From Phaeosaccion multiseriatum (lineage: Eukaryota; Protista; Ochrophyta, other classes), in NCBI GenBank assembly GCA_965112735.1, contig OZ218950.1, forward strand, positions 3,348,001-3,412,000: a stretch of DNA of 64,000 nucleotides. Direction: 5' to 3'. A program made the position numbers and the translations under genes. The notes beneath the pieces are model-generated. The model saw only the letters and a list, made by a program, of their open reading frames with translations, made no database searches and had not been told where the DNA came from. Positions 62,455-64,000 of the stretch are shown here, in pieces. Position 1 is the stretch's first letter; each line of letters begins with the position of its first letter.

Positions 62455-64000
62455 ATGGAAAGGAAGGGCAGCGATAATAGCACCAGCAGGGACAGGAGCA
62501 GGAGTAGCCTGTCGGGCTCTGCGCGAAACGCAACAGCAGCCAGGGGCCTGTCGTTGCAGGGACGCAGGGAGGGCAGCCCTCAGCCTACCAGCAGCAGCAC
62601 GAGCATGAAAAGAAGGGAAAGTGGTGGTAATGGAGGTCTCCGTCTTGGTCCGGAGCGTGGTCGAAGGCTCTCCTCCTCCCCAGAGGCTCCAAGTCGGAGC
62701 TGGTGGGACGGCCCATCAGACCCCTCGGGAACTCTGGTTGATGCAAGTGACCGCAACCTCATGTGCAGTAGCAGCAGCAGTGACAGCAGTAGCAGCACCT
62801 CTGGGCCCACAGCTGTGTTTGGTTGCGCGGACCATGCGCTCTATGAGGTGGAGCTGTGCACGGGAAAGCTCAAGAGGAAGCTCCACTCTCGATCCTCGGG
62901 CCACAGCGACTGGGTCACTGCCGTCGTGCACACCGCGGGGAGAGGCGATATCGTCTCGGGAGGAAGCGATGGACAGCTCTGCAAGTGGCCCGCTTCAGGT
63001 ACTTGCCAACCACACAGTATGGATAGAATGCAGACCGCAGAGGTGACACGGGGGACATGTTCGTGTATGTCTAAAGAGTCAAGGAAGCTGAGGAGAGGAG
63101 CGTAAAAGAGTGCTCCCCATTCTTGTCCCGGATATTCTCCGACAGTTGTCACCTTCCCCATGGTCCGCTGCTTGTCGTTCCCAGGGTACTGTATCAACTG
63201 AGTTCGAAATCAGGAAGGGCTGAACCTGACAAACACCGAAACGGCAACCTCTTGACTTCTGTCACGCCCTGTCACCCTCAGGCGGTCTGGAGTGCCGACA
63301 GGTCCGGGCACACGAATCGTCCATCAGTCAACTTCGGACTGACGACACCGGCAAGGTGAGGAAGAACGGCGCAGCCCACGCTGTCTGTCTTGAGGAGGCC
63401 GTCTATCTGCAGTCAGTGGCAGGCAGCTCCAGACATATCAATCATGAGAGGACGGGACGGGCGAAAGCCGTACTGTTTACTGTCTGTCCTCTCTCTATAT
63501 ATATGCATGTGCGTTCGGGGCGTCGGGGCTGCTATTAGAACCGCAGAAGACCCTGCTCGAAGCAAGCGCTGCTGCCCTGTCCAACGCCGCTGCCAGCAAC
63601 GTGTTCACGGTTCACGTGTCCTTTCCGACCGATTCCTCCTCCCCCCCTCAGCCCGATTCCTCCTCCCCTCCTCCTTCTCTTTCACCCCCGGCAGGTTGTA
63701 TCGTCGGGCTGTGGGGGCGAGATTTGCTTGTGGAACGCGGCGCACGGAGGAGCGCTGTCCAAACTGACCGAGTTCGCGTCATCGGGTAGGACTGAACATA
63801 TGACTCAAGTTTTTGTCGATCCTTATCACTATAGCAGCGGTTCCCACTATATTTTGTTGTCGTGCTTCTTCTACTACTCCTGCTACTGCTACTGCTGTTG
63901 CTGGGCTCAACCCTCCTCTCCTCTCACCGTCAATCATTGAACCTTCCACCGCCTTCCCTCGCCTGCTACGTGTGTGCTGTGTCAAACCAAAACAAAAAAA
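62455..64000 (+). CDS. WD40-repeat protein, 5' part (continues beyond window)
   Basis: GCADHALYEV, GHSDWVTAV..IVSGGSDGQLCKW, AHESSISQL, VVSSGCGGEICLWN across GT-AG introns. Confidence 0.8.

Overview
This is a gene-dense, GC-rich, intron-containing eukaryotic nuclear segment. Signal-peptide plus transit-peptide leaders on IspH and a PLP enzyme point to a photosynthetic stramenopile (ochrophyte alga with a complex plastid); the species cannot be fixed from the sequence. I reconstructed about 18 genes by hand across GT-AG introns: a partial unknown gene, an Sfp/AASDHPPT phosphopantetheinyl transferase, VAMP7, an unknown membrane protein, a D-cysteine desulfhydrase/ACC deaminase-like enzyme, a large receptor-like membrane protein, an LRRC72-like protein, EMC2, SUGP1-like, IspH/HDR, a secreted SAM methyltransferase, eL42, WAPL, a mitochondrial-carrier-family protein, MAP65/PRC1, a PPR-SMR gene, REV7 and a partial WD40 gene. 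Most genes sit in head-to-head pairs. The most unusual features are: (1) an intronless PPR-SMR gene built from near-identical 105-bp repeats whose RNA-code residues toggle by single bases, with the nuclease end cut off by a stop and frameshifts; (2) a CRE/RLE-type LINE remnant whose 3' signature abuts (CCT)n and recurs twice, once supplying a host stop codon; (3) two related ~200-bp MITE-like elements; (4) purine-5'/pyrimidine-3' microsatellite polarity in introns. All family calls come from motif recognition, not database searches.
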